From: Prochlorococcus marinus subsp. pastoris str. CCMP1986
Lineage (GTDB): Bacteria > Cyanobacteriota > Cyanobacteriia > PCC-6307 > Cyanobiaceae
DNA: 32,000 nucleotides
Assembly: GCF_000011465.1 (NCBI RefSeq)
Contig: NC_005072.1
Location: forward strand, 60,001-92,000
Reading direction: 5' to 3'
Shown here: positions 9,046 through 19,754 of the stretch, piece by piece
Numbering within the stretch: the stretch's first letter is position 1
How the letters are laid out: every line of letters starts with the position of its first letter
Program-made: the position numbers and the translations under genes
The notes under the pieces: model-generated
Database searches by the model: none
The model's input: only the letters and a program-made list of their open reading frames with translations
What the model was told of the DNA's origin: nothing

Positions 9046-11028
9046 CTAATTTTTAAAATTATACTTATCTGTAGTAAATAATTTCCAGCCCCCTTGTCCA
9101 TTTAATTCTAAAATGTTCTCATGAAAATCTTTTAAACTAGGCCTGTGTCCCACGCTTATCAAGGATAATTCTCTATCCCTTAGTAAATTATATAGTCTTT
9201 TTTCAGTTTTAATATCGAGTGCACTAGTAGCTTCATCTAACACAGCAAATCTCGGAGAATTAAGTAGTAATCTTGCAAAGGCTAATCTTTGCTGTTCTCC
9301 TAATGAAAGTATTCTTGGCCAATCTTGTTTGACGTCAAGGTTGGGATATCTATCAACAATAGAATTTAAATTTACTTCATTAAGAACAGAAATTAAGTGG
9401 TCATCACTAAATTTGTCAACTTCTGTTGGATAACATAATTGTTCCCTTAAAGAACCCAATAGCATATAGGGTTTTTGAGGTATAAATAGCAAATCACCTG
9501 TCTTTGGTTTTTTAATCGATCCTTGATTGGGTTCCCATAATCCGCTGATCATCCTTAACAAAGAGGTTTTGCCACACCCAGATGGGCCTACTACTAATAA
9601 TGATTGATTTGTTTCAATACTCAGATTTAAGTTTTTGATAATAGCTTTATCAGACCCAGGTGGAAAAAGGTCGGCATTGTTAATAAGAATAGAAGAATAA
9701 TCAGAAATTATATTTTGATTGTCTATTGGCTTGGTTTGACTGATACTTTCAACTTTTGACTGAAAACCCTCTAATCTTCCAATTCCTGCTGTGAACTTTG
9801 CAAGTTCCTCTATTTGATTAACTATAAAAAATAAAGAACCTTCTACCATACCAAATGCAAAGCTTGCTTGAATAAATCGACCATAATCAATATCTCCTCT
9901 AAAGTAAGGAATTGCCATTATTAGATATGGAAAGAAGTTTCCAGCATAATTAATAGAACGTCTCATTACATCAATAATTACTCTCCAAATTATTAGTAAG
10001 TTAAAGTTTCTTACCACTTCTCCTAATCTTCTCTCTGTTTCACTTTTTTCTGGTTTTTCACCCGAATAAAAAGCTATTGATTCAGCATTATCTCTAATAT
10101 GAACTAATCCATATCTAAAGTCTGCCTCATATCTAAGTTGATCGAAATCAATTTTTACAAGATTTTTTCCAGCAATTAATAAGATAGCAGTAGCAAATGC
10201 TGCGTATCCAAATAATGAAAAGGTTAATGTTGTACTAATGCTCCATAATATTAGAATGTTCAGAGAAAAAGTAAGAAGTGCATCAAAAACTCCCAAAGTA
10301 AAGGATAAACTTTGACCAGTAAAAGCTCTGGTATCATCTGTTATTCGTTGGTCAGGATTATCTACATCTGTTTGTTCTTCATCATTAGGATTTAGTTGGT
10401 AGTATGCTTTATTAGTCATGTAGTCTTTAACTAAGCTTTTTGAAAGCCAATCTCTCCAAATTATTCCTAATTTATAAGTAAAGAATATTTGAGAAACCCG
10501 AATTGGAAGCGCTACAGCAAAGCAACAAGCATAGATTCCTAAAATTCTATAAAATCCATCTTGTTGTTTCTCTACTAAAGCATTGGTTAAGTCTCTAGCA
10601 ATAAATCCTATTCCTGCATTAATTCCATTTACTGCCAAAAGCATTAATACTATGACTGCTAGGAATAACCAATGTACCCATCTGCGATTCTTAAGTTGAC
10701 GCCTTAAACTAAAAAAACTTCCTGAACCGATAAGAAATAATCCTGAAAACAATAATCCCCACCAGCCAGACCATATTGTATTAACAGTATTAACTACTCC
10801 TCCAAAGTATTTATCAAGAAAAATAGGTTGAATGCTTTCAAAAAAACTAATTATGCCTGTAAGAGCTACAAGAACAATACCTCCTACACAAAATAAGAGA
10901 GATATTAAAAGCCATATAAATTGAAAGCCATTACATTGATCAATTGGTAAGAAAAATGGTTGGGCTAATCTTCTTAACTTTTGTAGTTGATAAAATATTT
11001 TAGATTTATTTTGCACTACATTATTCAT
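9046..11028 (-). CDS. ABC transporter with fused permease and ATPase, SbmA/BacA/ABCD-like
   Basis: N-terminal membrane domain with SKSLVKDYMTNKAYYQLNP. ATPase domain with Walker A VVGPSGCGKTSLLRMISGLW, signature LSLGEQQRLAFARLLL and Walker B FAVLDEATSALD. Confidence 0.88.
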   Translation of the reverse strand: MNNVVQNKSKIFYQLQKLRRLAQPFFLPIDQCNGFQFIWLLISLLFCVGGIVLVALTGIISFFESIQPIFLDKYFGGVVNTVNTIWSGWWGLLFSGLFLIGSGSFFSLRRQLKNRRWVHWLFLAVIVLMLLAVNGINAGIGFIARDLTNALVEKQQDGFYRILGIYACCFAVALPIRVSQIFFTYKLGIIWRDWLSKSLVKDYMTNKAYYQLNPNDEEQTDVDNPDQRITDDTRAFTGQSLSFTLGVFDALLTFSLNILILWSISTTLTFSLFGYAAFATAILLIAGKNLVKIDFDQLRYEADFRYGLVHIRDNAESIAFYSGEKPEKSETERRLGEVVRNFNLLIIWRVIIDVMRRSINYAGNFFPYLIMAIPYFRGDIDYGRFIQASFAFGMVEGSLFFIVNQIEELAKFTAGIGRLEGFQSKVESISQTKPIDNQNIISDYSSILINNADLFPPGSDKAIIKNLNLSIETNQSLLVVGPSGCGKTSLLRMISGLWEPNQGSIKKPKTGDLLFIPQKPYMLLGSLREQLCYPTEVDKFSDDHLISVLNEVNLNSIVDRYPNLDVKQDWPRILSLGEQQRLAFARLLLNSPRFAVLDEATSALDIKTEKRLYNLLRDRELSLISVGHRPSLKDFHENILELNGQGGWKLFTTDKYNFKN

Positions 11029-11065
11029 ATTTTTTCTATATCTTTATAGTAAGTAAATTATATCT

Positions 11066-11353
11066 CTATGAAGATGATTGCCCAAAACCTATTAGTGAAA
11101 GTGCCCAATCTGGAAGGTTGAGGTATGATAATAATTTTAAATCAAATTCATGGACTTTAATAATCAATATATCCATAAGCCACCATATTAGAAAAGGTAA
11201 ATTAAATAAAATTTGTAATTGCCATTTGTAAGTTAATACTTTCCAAATTTTAGTTAAAACTAACTTCTGAGATTCATCTAAACTCTCCCAATTTGTAGCA
11301 ATTAGATCTAGTAAATTTTTAGATTTATTATTGAGAGATTCTGGAGAATTCAT
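11066..11353 (-). CDS. Conserved-looking small hypothetical protein with hydrophobic segments
   Basis: 95-aa ORF in a co-directional gene string between the HIT and ABC transporter genes. Hydrophobic stretch LQILFNLPFLIWWLMDILII. Confidence 0.6.
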   Translation of the reverse strand: MNSPESLNNKSKNLLDLIATNWESLDESQKLVLTKIWKVLTYKWQLQILFNLPFLIWWLMDILIIKVHEFDLKLLSYLNLPDWALSLIGFGQSSS

Positions 11354-11400
11354 GTTTAATTTTTCTTATTTATAGCTAAAAAGAAACTCTTTTGAGAGTT

Positions 11401-11742
11401 TTAGCCAGGAGGCCAACTCATTTTTCTACCAGCTAAGAAATGTATATGTAAATGAAATACTGTTTGTCCAGATTCTTCACCAGTATTAATAACAGTTCTC
11501 CAATTTTTTAATTGCTTAGATTTGGCAATATTTTTTCCTATTAAAAGAAGATGTCCTAATAAATCTCTATCTTCCTCCAAACACTCGCATAAACTGACTA
11601 ATGGTTTTTTAGGAATTACTAAAAAGTGAACTGGAGCTTGAGAGGCAATATCATTAAATGCTAAACAAAGCTCATCTTCATGAAGCTTTTCGCAGGGAAT
11701 CTCACCATTTATTATTTTGCTAAAGATTGTAGTTTCAGCCAT
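11401..11742 (-). CDS. HIT (histidine triad) family protein, HINT-like
   Basis: MAETTIFSKIINGEIPCEKLHEDELCLAFNDIASQAPVHFLVIPKK and the triad VFHLHIHFLAGRKMSWPPG. Confidence 0.95.
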   Translation of the reverse strand: MAETTIFSKIINGEIPCEKLHEDELCLAFNDIASQAPVHFLVIPKKPLVSLCECLEEDRDLLGHLLLIGKNIAKSKQLKNWRTVINTGEESGQTVFHLHIHFLAGRKMSWPPG

Positions 11743-11762
11743 TGCTTTATTAAATAATTAAA

Positions 11763-12368
11763 TCATTTGATTGGTATTACATCTTTTTGATGAAATCCTT
11801 CTTTGATGAGTTCTTTATTCAAATCTTCTTTTGAAGTAACTCTATCAACAAATAAAACTCCATTGAGATGATCCATTTCATGTTGAATGCATCTTGCTAA
11901 GAGTCCATCAGCTTTCATTTTTCTTGGCCTGCCCATTTCATCTCTAAATCTTAATTTAATTGTTGATGGTCTTACGACGTTTAAATAAACTCCTGGGATA
12001 CTTAGACAACCCTCTTCATATGAATTTAAAGTTGTTCCATAATCAGTAATTTCTGGATTTATTAAAATTAATGGTTCAGCAGCAGCATCTTCAAAATTTA
12101 CATCAATTACAAGTAGCTCTTTCTTGATTCCTATTTGCGGAGCGGCAAGTCCAATCCCTTTGGCTGCATACATACTTTGAAGCATGTCTTTAGCTAAATT
12201 TCTTATGGAATTATCAACTTTACTTATTCTTTTAGCATTTTCTCTCAATACATCATCACCAAGTTTATATATTTCTAGTGATGGAGTTCCTGTTTGTTCT
12301 TTAGATACCTTTTCTATAGGACTATTTGTTTTTGACTTTCTTGCAAGTTGTGAAAAATTGTTTGCCAC
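11763..12368 (-). CDS. def: Peptide deformylase
   Basis: All three motifs are present: GIGLAAPQIG, EGCLSIPG, QHEMDHLNG. Confidence 0.97.
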   Translation of the reverse strand: MANNFSQLARKSKTNSPIEKVSKEQTGTPSLEIYKLGDDVLRENAKRISKVDNSIRNLAKDMLQSMYAAKGIGLAAPQIGIKKELLVIDVNFEDAAAEPLILINPEITDYGTTLNSYEEGCLSIPGVYLNVVRPSTIKLRFRDEMGRPRKMKADGLLARCIQHEMDHLNGVLFVDRVTSKEDLNKELIKEGFHQKDVIPIK

Positions 12369-12447
12369 GGTAAAAAAAATTATTTACTCAACAGTTAAGC
12401 TATAAAAATATTAGCACTTTAAATACATCTTGAAATAAACTTTTTAA

Positions 12448-14376
12448 ATGAATAATGCTAAGAATTTAAAAATTAAGCAAATCGATAAAAAAAATATATC
12501 TTTTAAAGAGTTATCTCTAATTAAGAATATAATTTTCTGGGTAGATATTATTCCTGGAGATCAAACACAAAAAAATGCTATTTTTGCTAGGCCATTTCAT
12601 GATAAAAATGCAATTCCACAAAAATTAACGGGCGATAATTTTTATATTAAAAGCAATTTTCATGGTTATGGGGGCAAATCATATCAATGTATAGAGGTGA
12701 ATGATCATATTTATTTGATATGGGTTGATCAGCTTTCAAAAGCAATGTGGTTAAAAATTTTCAAAGTCCAAGAAAAAGTACTTAAAAATGATAATCAATA
12801 TCTGCTATGCGATGTGGAACCAAGACAACTTACTGAGTCAATAAAAACGAATTTTGATACTTCATTTGTTATTTCTAAAAACAACCTTTTATTCGGTTTA
12901 TGTGAGATAAAACATAGAGATTATTTATTCTCATTAAATTTAAAGAAAACTAAACAAGATATTCGCATAATAAAAAAATTTGATAATTTTGCGGGGAATT
13001 TATCTTCTAATATTTCAGCTGATTTATTTTCCTGGATAGAGTGGAATGCTGGCTCCATGCCTTGGGAAAGAAATGAGCTATTTTTTGCAATGATTGATAA
13101 TGATGGAGAGATACAAAACATAAAAAATTTTTCTAATAAATTTGTTAATGAAGAGAAAAATGTTTCTTTCTTTCAACCTTACTGGATGAGTGATACTACT
13201 TTAGTCTGTTCTGAAGATAGTACAGGCTGGTGGAATTTATTATTTCTCGATTTAACTGATATTAAAAATATTATTCTAAAAAAAAGAATAATTAAACCTT
13301 TGACTGAGTATGGATCGCCTCAGTGGGTTTCTGGAATTTCATTTTTTTCCGGAAATATTAAAAATCTATTTTGTGTTGCAAAAAAAGATAATAGTTGGGT
13401 ACTAGAGCATTATCAGAATTGTGAATGTATTAAAGAACTTAAATTACCATTTTGTTCAATAGGTGATTTAGATGTTTGTGATCAAAAATTAGTTATTAGA
13501 GGTTGTAGTTTTGGTTGTTTCGAAGAATTATTCGAGTGTGATTTTGGAGAGAAAAGCCATACTAAATTATTAAATGAGATATCCCTTGAGTCTATAAACG
13601 AATATTCAAGACCAGAATCTTTTTGGTTTAAAGGTTTTAATAATCAACCCACACATTCTTTTATTTATAAGCCTCTATTTGAAAGATTTATTAAGTCACC
13701 ATTAATCGTTAAGGCACATAGTGGCCCTACTGCTTGCTTTGACGGGTCTTTAAATTCCGAAGTGCAGCATTGGACTTCGAAAGGATTTACAGTTGCGGAA
13801 GTGAATTATGGTGGTTCCTCGGGTTTTGGAAGAGAGTACAGGGAGAGATTAAATTATAAATGGGGTATTCTTGATTCATACGACTGTAAAGCATTGGTAC
13901 TTGATTTAATTAGGTTAAATCTAGTTGATAGAACCAAAGTCGCAATTTTAGGCAATAGTGCTGGTGGTTTAACTGCAATTAATGCTCTATGTGAAGGTGA
14001 TTTGTTTAAAGTGGCGATTTGTAAATATCCTGTTCTGGATTTAAACGATATGCATCAACACACTCATAGATTTGAAAAAGGTTATTTAAATTCTCTCATA
14101 GGTAGATATTCAAAATTTCATAATGAGTATAAACTTCGATCACCAATTTATAAAATTAATCATTTAAAAAAACCAGTTTTATTATTTCATGGAAAAAAAG
14201 ATTTAGTTATTTCATGCAAAAAAACCCTACAAATCAAAGAAAAACTTCTTAAAAATAATAAAAATTCAGAAGTCATAATTTTTGAAAATGAAGGGCATGG
14301 TTTTAAAAACACAAATAATAAAAAACAAGTTCTTATTAAAACTCAGGAGTTTTTAGAGAAAACTCTTAATATTTAA
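12448..14376 (+). CDS. S9 family prolyl oligopeptidase / acylaminoacyl-peptidase-like hydrolase
   Basis: C-terminal alpha/beta hydrolase: YGGSSGFGREYRERL, nucleophile elbow ILGNSAGGLTAINAL, LLFHGKKDLV (Asp region) and ENEGHGF (His). The N-terminal half fits a beta-propeller. Confidence 0.88.
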   Translation: MNNAKNLKIKQIDKKNISFKELSLIKNIIFWVDIIPGDQTQKNAIFARPFHDKNAIPQKLTGDNFYIKSNFHGYGGKSYQCIEVNDHIYLIWVDQLSKAMWLKIFKVQEKVLKNDNQYLLCDVEPRQLTESIKTNFDTSFVISKNNLLFGLCEIKHRDYLFSLNLKKTKQDIRIIKKFDNFAGNLSSNISADLFSWIEWNAGSMPWERNELFFAMIDNDGEIQNIKNFSNKFVNEEKNVSFFQPYWMSDTTLVCSEDSTGWWNLLFLDLTDIKNIILKKRIIKPLTEYGSPQWVSGISFFSGNIKNLFCVAKKDNSWVLEHYQNCECIKELKLPFCSIGDLDVCDQKLVIRGCSFGCFEELFECDFGEKSHTKLLNEISLESINEYSRPESFWFKGFNNQPTHSFIYKPLFERFIKSPLIVKAHSGPTACFDGSLNSEVQHWTSKGFTVAEVNYGGSSGFGREYRERLNYKWGILDSYDCKALVLDLIRLNLVDRTKVAILGNSAGGLTAINALCEGDLFKVAICKYPVLDLNDMHQHTHRFEKGYLNSLIGRYSKFHNEYKLRSPIYKINHLKKPVLLFHGKKDLVISCKKTLQIKEKLLKNNKNSEVIIFENEGHGFKNTNNKKQVLIKTQEFLEKTLNI

Positions 14377-15650
14377 GAATTTAGTTTTAAAAAACTAATA
14401 GTTTCCTTAAGTTTTTCGATAAAAGTATTTATATCTTCTTTGGTAGTTGTGAAATTCATACTAATTCTAGCTGTTGAATTTATTCCGATATGTCTATGCA
14501 GAGGTTGACAACAGTGATGTCCACTTCTGATACAAATACCTTTAGAATCAAGAATTTCAGCGATATCGTTTGAATGTATTTCTTTAACATAAAATGTTGC
14601 CAATGCAGCTCTGTTTGGATCTATTTTCGGAGAAGGACCTATTATTTCAAGATCCTCTATTTGCTTTAATTTTTTAAATAAATATTTTGTAATCTCCTTT
14701 TCATATTCACTGATTCGATCTAACCCAATATTGTTAATGTAATTAATCGCTGCAGCTAATCCTATTGCTTCAGCAATAGCTGGAGTACCAGCTTCAAATT
14801 TATGAGGGAGTTCAGCCCAAGTACTTTTCTCTTCAAAAACATCTTGAATCATTTCACCACCTCCAAAAAAAGGAGGAATTTTTTCTAAAATTTCTTTTCT
14901 GGACCATAAGAAACCTATGCCTGTTGGGCCACATAATTTATGTCCTGAACCGGCTAAAAAATCTATACCTAGTTCATTAATATCTAACTTTTGATGGGCT
15001 AAACTTTGACAAGCATCAAGCAGAACTAAAGAACCCTTATCCCTAGCTAATTTAGTTATTTCTTTTATTGGATTACAGCACCCTAAAGTGTTGCTTATAT
15101 GTAATAAGCTTACTAGTTTTGTTTTCGTTGTTAATTTTGACTTGAAATCATTTATATCTAATCTTCCGTCTTGATCTATGCCCACAAATTTCAGTTTACA
15201 TTTGTTTTTTGCAGCTACCATTTGCCAAGGAACAATATTACTATGATGCTCCATTATTGATAGAAGAATTTCATCATTCTCTTTTAAAGTAAATTCTCCC
15301 CATGATCTGGCAACCAGATTTATAGCTTCAGTTGCATTTCTTGTAAAAATTATTTCTTTTGTTGAATAAGCATTAACATATTTTGCAATTAAAGATCTTG
15401 AATTCTCAAATTCTTCAGTTGCTTTTGCACTTAATTGATGAGCTCCTCTATGAACGTTTGCGTTGAAATTCTTATAGTATTCATCAATTTTTTCAAGAAC
15501 TTGGATTGGTTTTTGGGTTGTTGCAGCGTGATCTAGATAAATAATTGTATTTTTGTTTTTGAAATTATTTTCTAATAAAGGAAAGTCTTTTTTATCTATT
15601 AGAGGAAAGTTTTTTTTACAAATTTTCGGGAAATTTTTAATTGTTTCCAT
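14373..15650 (-). CDS. sufS: Cysteine desulfurase, SufS type
   Basis: PLP-lysine region GSGHKLCGPTGIGFLW, catalytic Cys region RSGHHCCQPLH, ARSWGEFTLKENDEILLSIMEHHSNIVPWQ; suf operon context. Confidence 0.96.
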   Translation of the reverse strand: METIKNFPKICKKNFPLIDKKDFPLLENNFKNKNTIIYLDHAATTQKPIQVLEKIDEYYKNFNANVHRGAHQLSAKATEEFENSRSLIAKYVNAYSTKEIIFTRNATEAINLVARSWGEFTLKENDEILLSIMEHHSNIVPWQMVAAKNKCKLKFVGIDQDGRLDINDFKSKLTTKTKLVSLLHISNTLGCCNPIKEITKLARDKGSLVLLDACQSLAHQKLDINELGIDFLAGSGHKLCGPTGIGFLWSRKEILEKIPPFFGGGEMIQDVFEEKSTWAELPHKFEAGTPAIAEAIGLAAAINYINNIGLDRISEYEKEITKYLFKKLKQIEDLEIIGPSPKIDPNRAALATFYVKEIHSNDIAEILDSKGICIRSGHHCCQPLHRHIGINSTARISMNFTTTKEDINTFIEKLKETISFLKLNS

Positions 15651-16867
15651 TAATTTTCTTTTAAAATTTTATCAAGCAAATCCCATCTATCTTTTGAAAT
15701 AGGAATACTTGAAATAACTTCTTGTATATAAGAACTTAATTGTAGTTTACTCGCTTCTGCTAACGTGAGTCCTCTTGATCTCATATAGAAAAGTTCTTCT
15801 TCATTTAATTGTGAAATAGTTGCACCGTGTTTGCATTTTACATCGTCAGCAATTATTTCTAATTGAGGTTTAGTATCTATTTTTGCATGTCTCGATAAAA
15901 GTAGATTCCTGCTTAATTGTGACGCATCGGTCTTTTGCGCAATTTTTGGAACAATTATGGAGCCTTCAAAGACTGCATGTGATTTATCATCTGCCAAGGA
16001 TTTATTAATTTGATCTAAAAATCCATTAGGACCGTTAAATTGCATTTTTGTATAAGTAGCTATTTGGTCATTATTTTTTGTTATTTGTATTCCTTTTAAA
16101 TTTGTTTTGGCATTTCCCTCTAATTGATTAATACGGATTTCAAATCTTGCATAATCAAATTTGAAATGTAGTGATCCTAGGCTGTACTCACTGTTGGTCT
16201 TTTGAATTACATTTAAAGAATTTAATAAATTAGATTTGCTTTCTCCATAGGAAACTAAACCATGATTAACCGAAGTATTTTCTTCTAGACATAAATAAGT
16301 TGATTGAGATAGTGAAGAATTTTTGTTTCCAAGATTAATTTGTATTAAATCAACCTTAGAATTCTTTTCAAAGAATAAAATAAGTGTTTTAGCATTAAAA
16401 GAGTCGGGTGACGAAGCACTAAATATCTCAAGAGGAGGAATTTTATTACCAGAAATATTTAAACCTAAGATGTTTGCTTTAGAACTTAAAGAATGATTTA
16501 GTAAGTCACTCCAATGATCATTTTGATCAGAATTAGATATATTTTTTTTTATATAGTCTACAATTTCGATCTCTTTTAATTCTTTTATTGAATAGTTTTC
16601 TTTTTCTAAATTGATTGAGTTATTCTCTCCGATGATCAGTCTAATTATATTTTGAGAGGCTTTTTTATATGGGAGATTAACTTTAGATTCTTTATTTTTA
16701 TTTGAATGATCTAAAAATCTTGAAAATTTGGATTTATTGGAAAGTCTCCAGTATTCACTTTTGATATTTGGTAATGGATTTAATTTTAATTTATCAAGAC
16801 AAATTTTTTGTATCTCAGATGGATTACTAATTAATTCATTATTTTTGATTTCATCAATAATTTGCAT
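15650..16867 (-). CDS. sufD: Fe-S cluster assembly protein SufD
   Basis: C-terminal NLLLSRHAKIDTKPQLEIIADDVKCKHGATISQLNEEELFYMRSRGLT is characteristic of SufB/SufD; operon position. Confidence 0.94.
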   Translation of the reverse strand: MQIIDEIKNNELISNPSEIQKICLDKLKLNPLPNIKSEYWRLSNKSKFSRFLDHSNKNKESKVNLPYKKASQNIIRLIIGENNSINLEKENYSIKELKEIEIVDYIKKNISNSDQNDHWSDLLNHSLSSKANILGLNISGNKIPPLEIFSASSPDSFNAKTLILFFEKNSKVDLIQINLGNKNSSLSQSTYLCLEENTSVNHGLVSYGESKSNLLNSLNVIQKTNSEYSLGSLHFKFDYARFEIRINQLEGNAKTNLKGIQITKNNDQIATYTKMQFNGPNGFLDQINKSLADDKSHAVFEGSIIVPKIAQKTDASQLSRNLLLSRHAKIDTKPQLEIIADDVKCKHGATISQLNEEELFYMRSRGLTLAEASKLQLSSYIQEVISSIPISKDRWDLLDKILKEN

Positions 16868-16871
16868 TGAT

Positions 16872-17660
16872 TTATTGCTCTTTTATAAAATTATCAGTCC
16901 ATTCATATCCATGTTTCTCAAGTTCTAGGGCAAGATCACTTTCTCCAGTTTTTATTATTTGTCCGTCTGACATTACATGAACATAGTCAGGTTGTATTTC
17001 ATCTAATAACCTTTGATAGTGAGTGATTAATATAATTCCGGTTTCTTCATTAGATATCTTTTTAATACCTGAAGCAACTATTCTAAGTGCATCAATATCT
17101 AAACCTGAGTCGGTTTCATCCAAAATTGCAATTTTTGGTTCTAATAATGCCATTTGTAATATTTCATTCCTTTTCTTTTCCCCACCTGAAAACCCTTGAT
17201 TAATACTCCTCGATAAAAAGGCAGAATCCATTTTGACTAAGTCAAGTTTTTCTTTTACTAAGTCTTCAAAATCAAAAGTATCTAGTTCTTCTTTGTTAAG
17301 AAATTTTCTTCTTGCATTTGTCGCAACTCTAAGAAATTCTAGATTGCTTACTCCAGGAATTTCGATGGGATATTGAAAACCAAGAAAAATACCAGATTGA
17401 GCTCTCTCTTCTGGTTCTAAAGACTGAATATCATTTCCTGTAAATTTTATTTCGCCTTTAGTAATTTTGTATGATGGATGACCCGCAATAATCTTGGATA
17501 GAGTACTTTTCCCACATCCATTTCTTCCCATGATTGCGTGAATTTCGCCAGGATTAACTGAAATGGTTACCCCTTTTAAAATAGGAAGATTTTCGATAGA
17601 TGCAAAAAGATTATTTACTTCTAATATTGGATCTAATTCTTTCGTTTTGCTTTGCATCAC
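16872..17660 (-). CDS. sufC: Fe-S cluster assembly ATPase SufC
   Basis: Walker [18 protein letters not shown], signature [31 protein letters not shown]. Start may be the second Met (17657). Confidence 0.97.
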   Translation of the reverse strand: MMQSKTKELDPILEVNNLFASIENLPILKGVTISVNPGEIHAIMGRNGCGKSTLSKIIAGHPSYKITKGEIKFTGNDIQSLEPEERAQSGIFLGFQYPIEIPGVSNLEFLRVATNARRKFLNKEELDTFDFEDLVKEKLDLVKMDSAFLSRSINQGFSGGEKKRNEILQMALLEPKIAILDETDSGLDIDALRIVASGIKKISNEETGIILITHYQRLLDEIQPDYVHVMSDGQIIKTGESDLALELEKHGYEWTDNFIKEQ

Positions 17661-17678
17661 ACTTTAGAAATTAATTGA

Positions 17679-19121
17679 TTATCCAACCGAACCTTCTAAT
17701 TTGAGGGCAAGCAGCTTATCGGCTTCAGCCGCAAATTCCAATGGCAGTTGATTGAAAACATCTCTACAAAAGCCACTTACCATCATTGATACAGCCTCTT
17801 CAAATTCAATACCTCTACTTTGTAAATAAAAAAGTTGATCTTCAGAAATTCTACATGTACTTGCTTCATGCTCAATTTCTGAATTTGGTTGTTGAGAGTG
17901 AATATAAGGAAATGTATTCGCAGCAGCTTGATCGCCTATTAACATTGAATCACATTGACTATAATTTCTTGATCCAGAAGCTTTTGAACCCATTTTTACA
18001 AGACCTCTGTAACTATTAATTGAATTGCCAGCACTAATTCCTTTACTAACTATTGTTGATTTAGTTCTAGGACCGATGTGAATCATTTTTGTACCTGTAT
18101 CGGCTTGTTGAAGGTTATTAGTGAGAGCTACAGAATAAAATTCTCCTACCGATTCCTCTCCTAAAAGTATACAGCTAGGATATTTCCATGTTATGGCAGA
18201 GCCTGTTTCTACTTGAGACCAGCTTATTTTACTTCTCTTACCTAAACATTTCCCCCTTTTGGTGACAAAATTAAAGATTCCTCCAACTCCTTCTTCATTC
18301 CCAGCATACCAATTTTGTACTGTTGAATATTTAATTGAGGCGTCGTCTAAGGCAATAAGTTCAACTACCGCTGCGTGCAGAGTATTCGTATCAAACATTG
18401 GAGCTGTACATCCTTCAAGGTAACTGACGGAGCTAGATTCTTCTGCGATAATTAAAGTTCTTTCAAACTGACCAGAGTCTCCACTGTTGATTCTAAAATA
18501 TGATGAGAGATCCATCGGGCATTTAACTCCTTTTGGGATGTAAACGAATGAACCATCACTAAAAACAGCTGAGTTTAATGCAGCAAAATAGTTATCATTA
18601 GCTGGTACAACAGAACCTAAATATTTTTCTATTAAATTTGAGTGATCTTTTACTGCTTCACTTATAGAACAAAATATTACACCATGCTCAGCAAGTTCTT
18701 TTCGGAAGGTTGTTGCAATAGATACACTATCGAATACTGCATCAACAGCAACGTTTGTAAGTTTTTTTTGTTCAGTAAGAGGAATTCCTAATTTATCAAA
18801 AGTTTCTAGGAGTTTGGGATCAACTTCATCTAAGCTAGAAATCTTTTCTTTTTGTTTAGGTGCAGAATAATAAATTATATCTTGATAATCAATCTTTTTG
18901 TAACCTAGGTCTGCCCAGTTAGGCTCCTCCATTCTTTGCCATTTCCGAAAGGCATTAAGTCTGAAATTAAGAAGATATTTTGGCTCTTCTTTTTTTTCTG
19001 AAATTAATCGAATCGTATCTTCATTTAGGCCTTTGGAAATCTTTTCAGTTTCGATATCAGTAACGAAACCATATTTGTATGGTTCAGATACGACATCTTT
19101 AACTAAATTTTCACTTACCAT
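17679..19121 (-). CDS. sufB: Fe-S cluster assembly protein SufB
   Basis: 480 aa, [48 protein letters not shown] and [28 protein letters not shown]. Confidence 0.97.
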   Translation of the reverse strand: MVSENLVKDVVSEPYKYGFVTDIETEKISKGLNEDTIRLISEKKEEPKYLLNFRLNAFRKWQRMEEPNWADLGYKKIDYQDIIYYSAPKQKEKISSLDEVDPKLLETFDKLGIPLTEQKKLTNVAVDAVFDSVSIATTFRKELAEHGVIFCSISEAVKDHSNLIEKYLGSVVPANDNYFAALNSAVFSDGSFVYIPKGVKCPMDLSSYFRINSGDSGQFERTLIIAEESSSVSYLEGCTAPMFDTNTLHAAVVELIALDDASIKYSTVQNWYAGNEEGVGGIFNFVTKRGKCLGKRSKISWSQVETGSAITWKYPSCILLGEESVGEFYSVALTNNLQQADTGTKMIHIGPRTKSTIVSKGISAGNSINSYRGLVKMGSKASGSRNYSQCDSMLIGDQAAANTFPYIHSQQPNSEIEHEASTCRISEDQLFYLQSRGIEFEEAVSMMVSGFCRDVFNQLPLEFAAEADKLLALKLEGSVG

Positions 19122-19218
19122 AGTTTCTATAAATTAGTCTATTACAATTAGTTTTCTATACTTTAGCTAAATATATGCCCAATATTGAGTTTTTATCTTT
19201 AATTAAATTAAAAAATTA

Positions 19219-19581
19219 ATGTCTAATCAAACAAATTATTTTCCAAGTCCGTTAAGCGATGAGATCGTGAAAAATATAGATCAACTGAATTTGTCCATTA
19301 TTAAAAAGCACCATGTTCGATTGCTTGCCCATTGTCTTGAAATCTTCAAGGAAATCGGAAAAGATGAAAAATCATTCTTTGATGAAGATGAACTTCTTAA
19401 GAAATGGTGTGAAAAAAAATCCCAGAAGTTTAATGATAAAAATTTCAATCAACTTTTTTATGAACAAATGTCTTCTGCTGCAAAAAAAATAAACTTTTTT
19501 TCTAAGAGTATTAATAAAAATTTCAAAGAATTGGATCTTGAGGATTTAATCACTTTAGTTGAGCAAAATCAGGCAAATTAA
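19219..19581 (+). CDS. Hypothetical protein, 120 aa, charged and probably all-helical, divergent from sufB
   Basis: ATG ORF with no overlapping competitor; plausible coding composition and the highly charged sequence MSNQTNYFPSPLSDEIVKNIDQLNLSIIKKHHVRLLAHCLEIF. Confidence 0.7.
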   Translation: MSNQTNYFPSPLSDEIVKNIDQLNLSIIKKHHVRLLAHCLEIFKEIGKDEKSFFDEDELLKKWCEKKSQKFNDKNFNQLFYEQMSSAAKKINFFSKSINKNFKELDLEDLITLVEQNQAN

Positions 19582-19754
19582 TATGAAGCGATCCCGAAGA
19601 AAAAATATATTTTTGTTGAGTTCTTAACAATTCAAGGTAATAAAATTTAAAAAACAGAAAATTAATTTACGAGTTATAGATTTCTAGATTTCTTTAAAAT
19701 TCACTTATACCAGTTACTTATAAGAAAGTTGTAAAATTTAAAAACTTGAAAGTA

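Noticed and set aside
17786-18019. Plus-strand ORF inside sufB (also 16728-16928 at the sufC/sufD junction and 20393-20614 inside the DUF4912-like gene)
   Set aside because: Shadows of well-supported genes, low complexity and hydrophobic translations only.
19597-19641. 14-aa mini-ORF MKRSRRKNIFLLSS in the DUF4912 leader
   Set aside because: Too short and AT-rich; could be a leader peptide but nothing in the sequence supports it.
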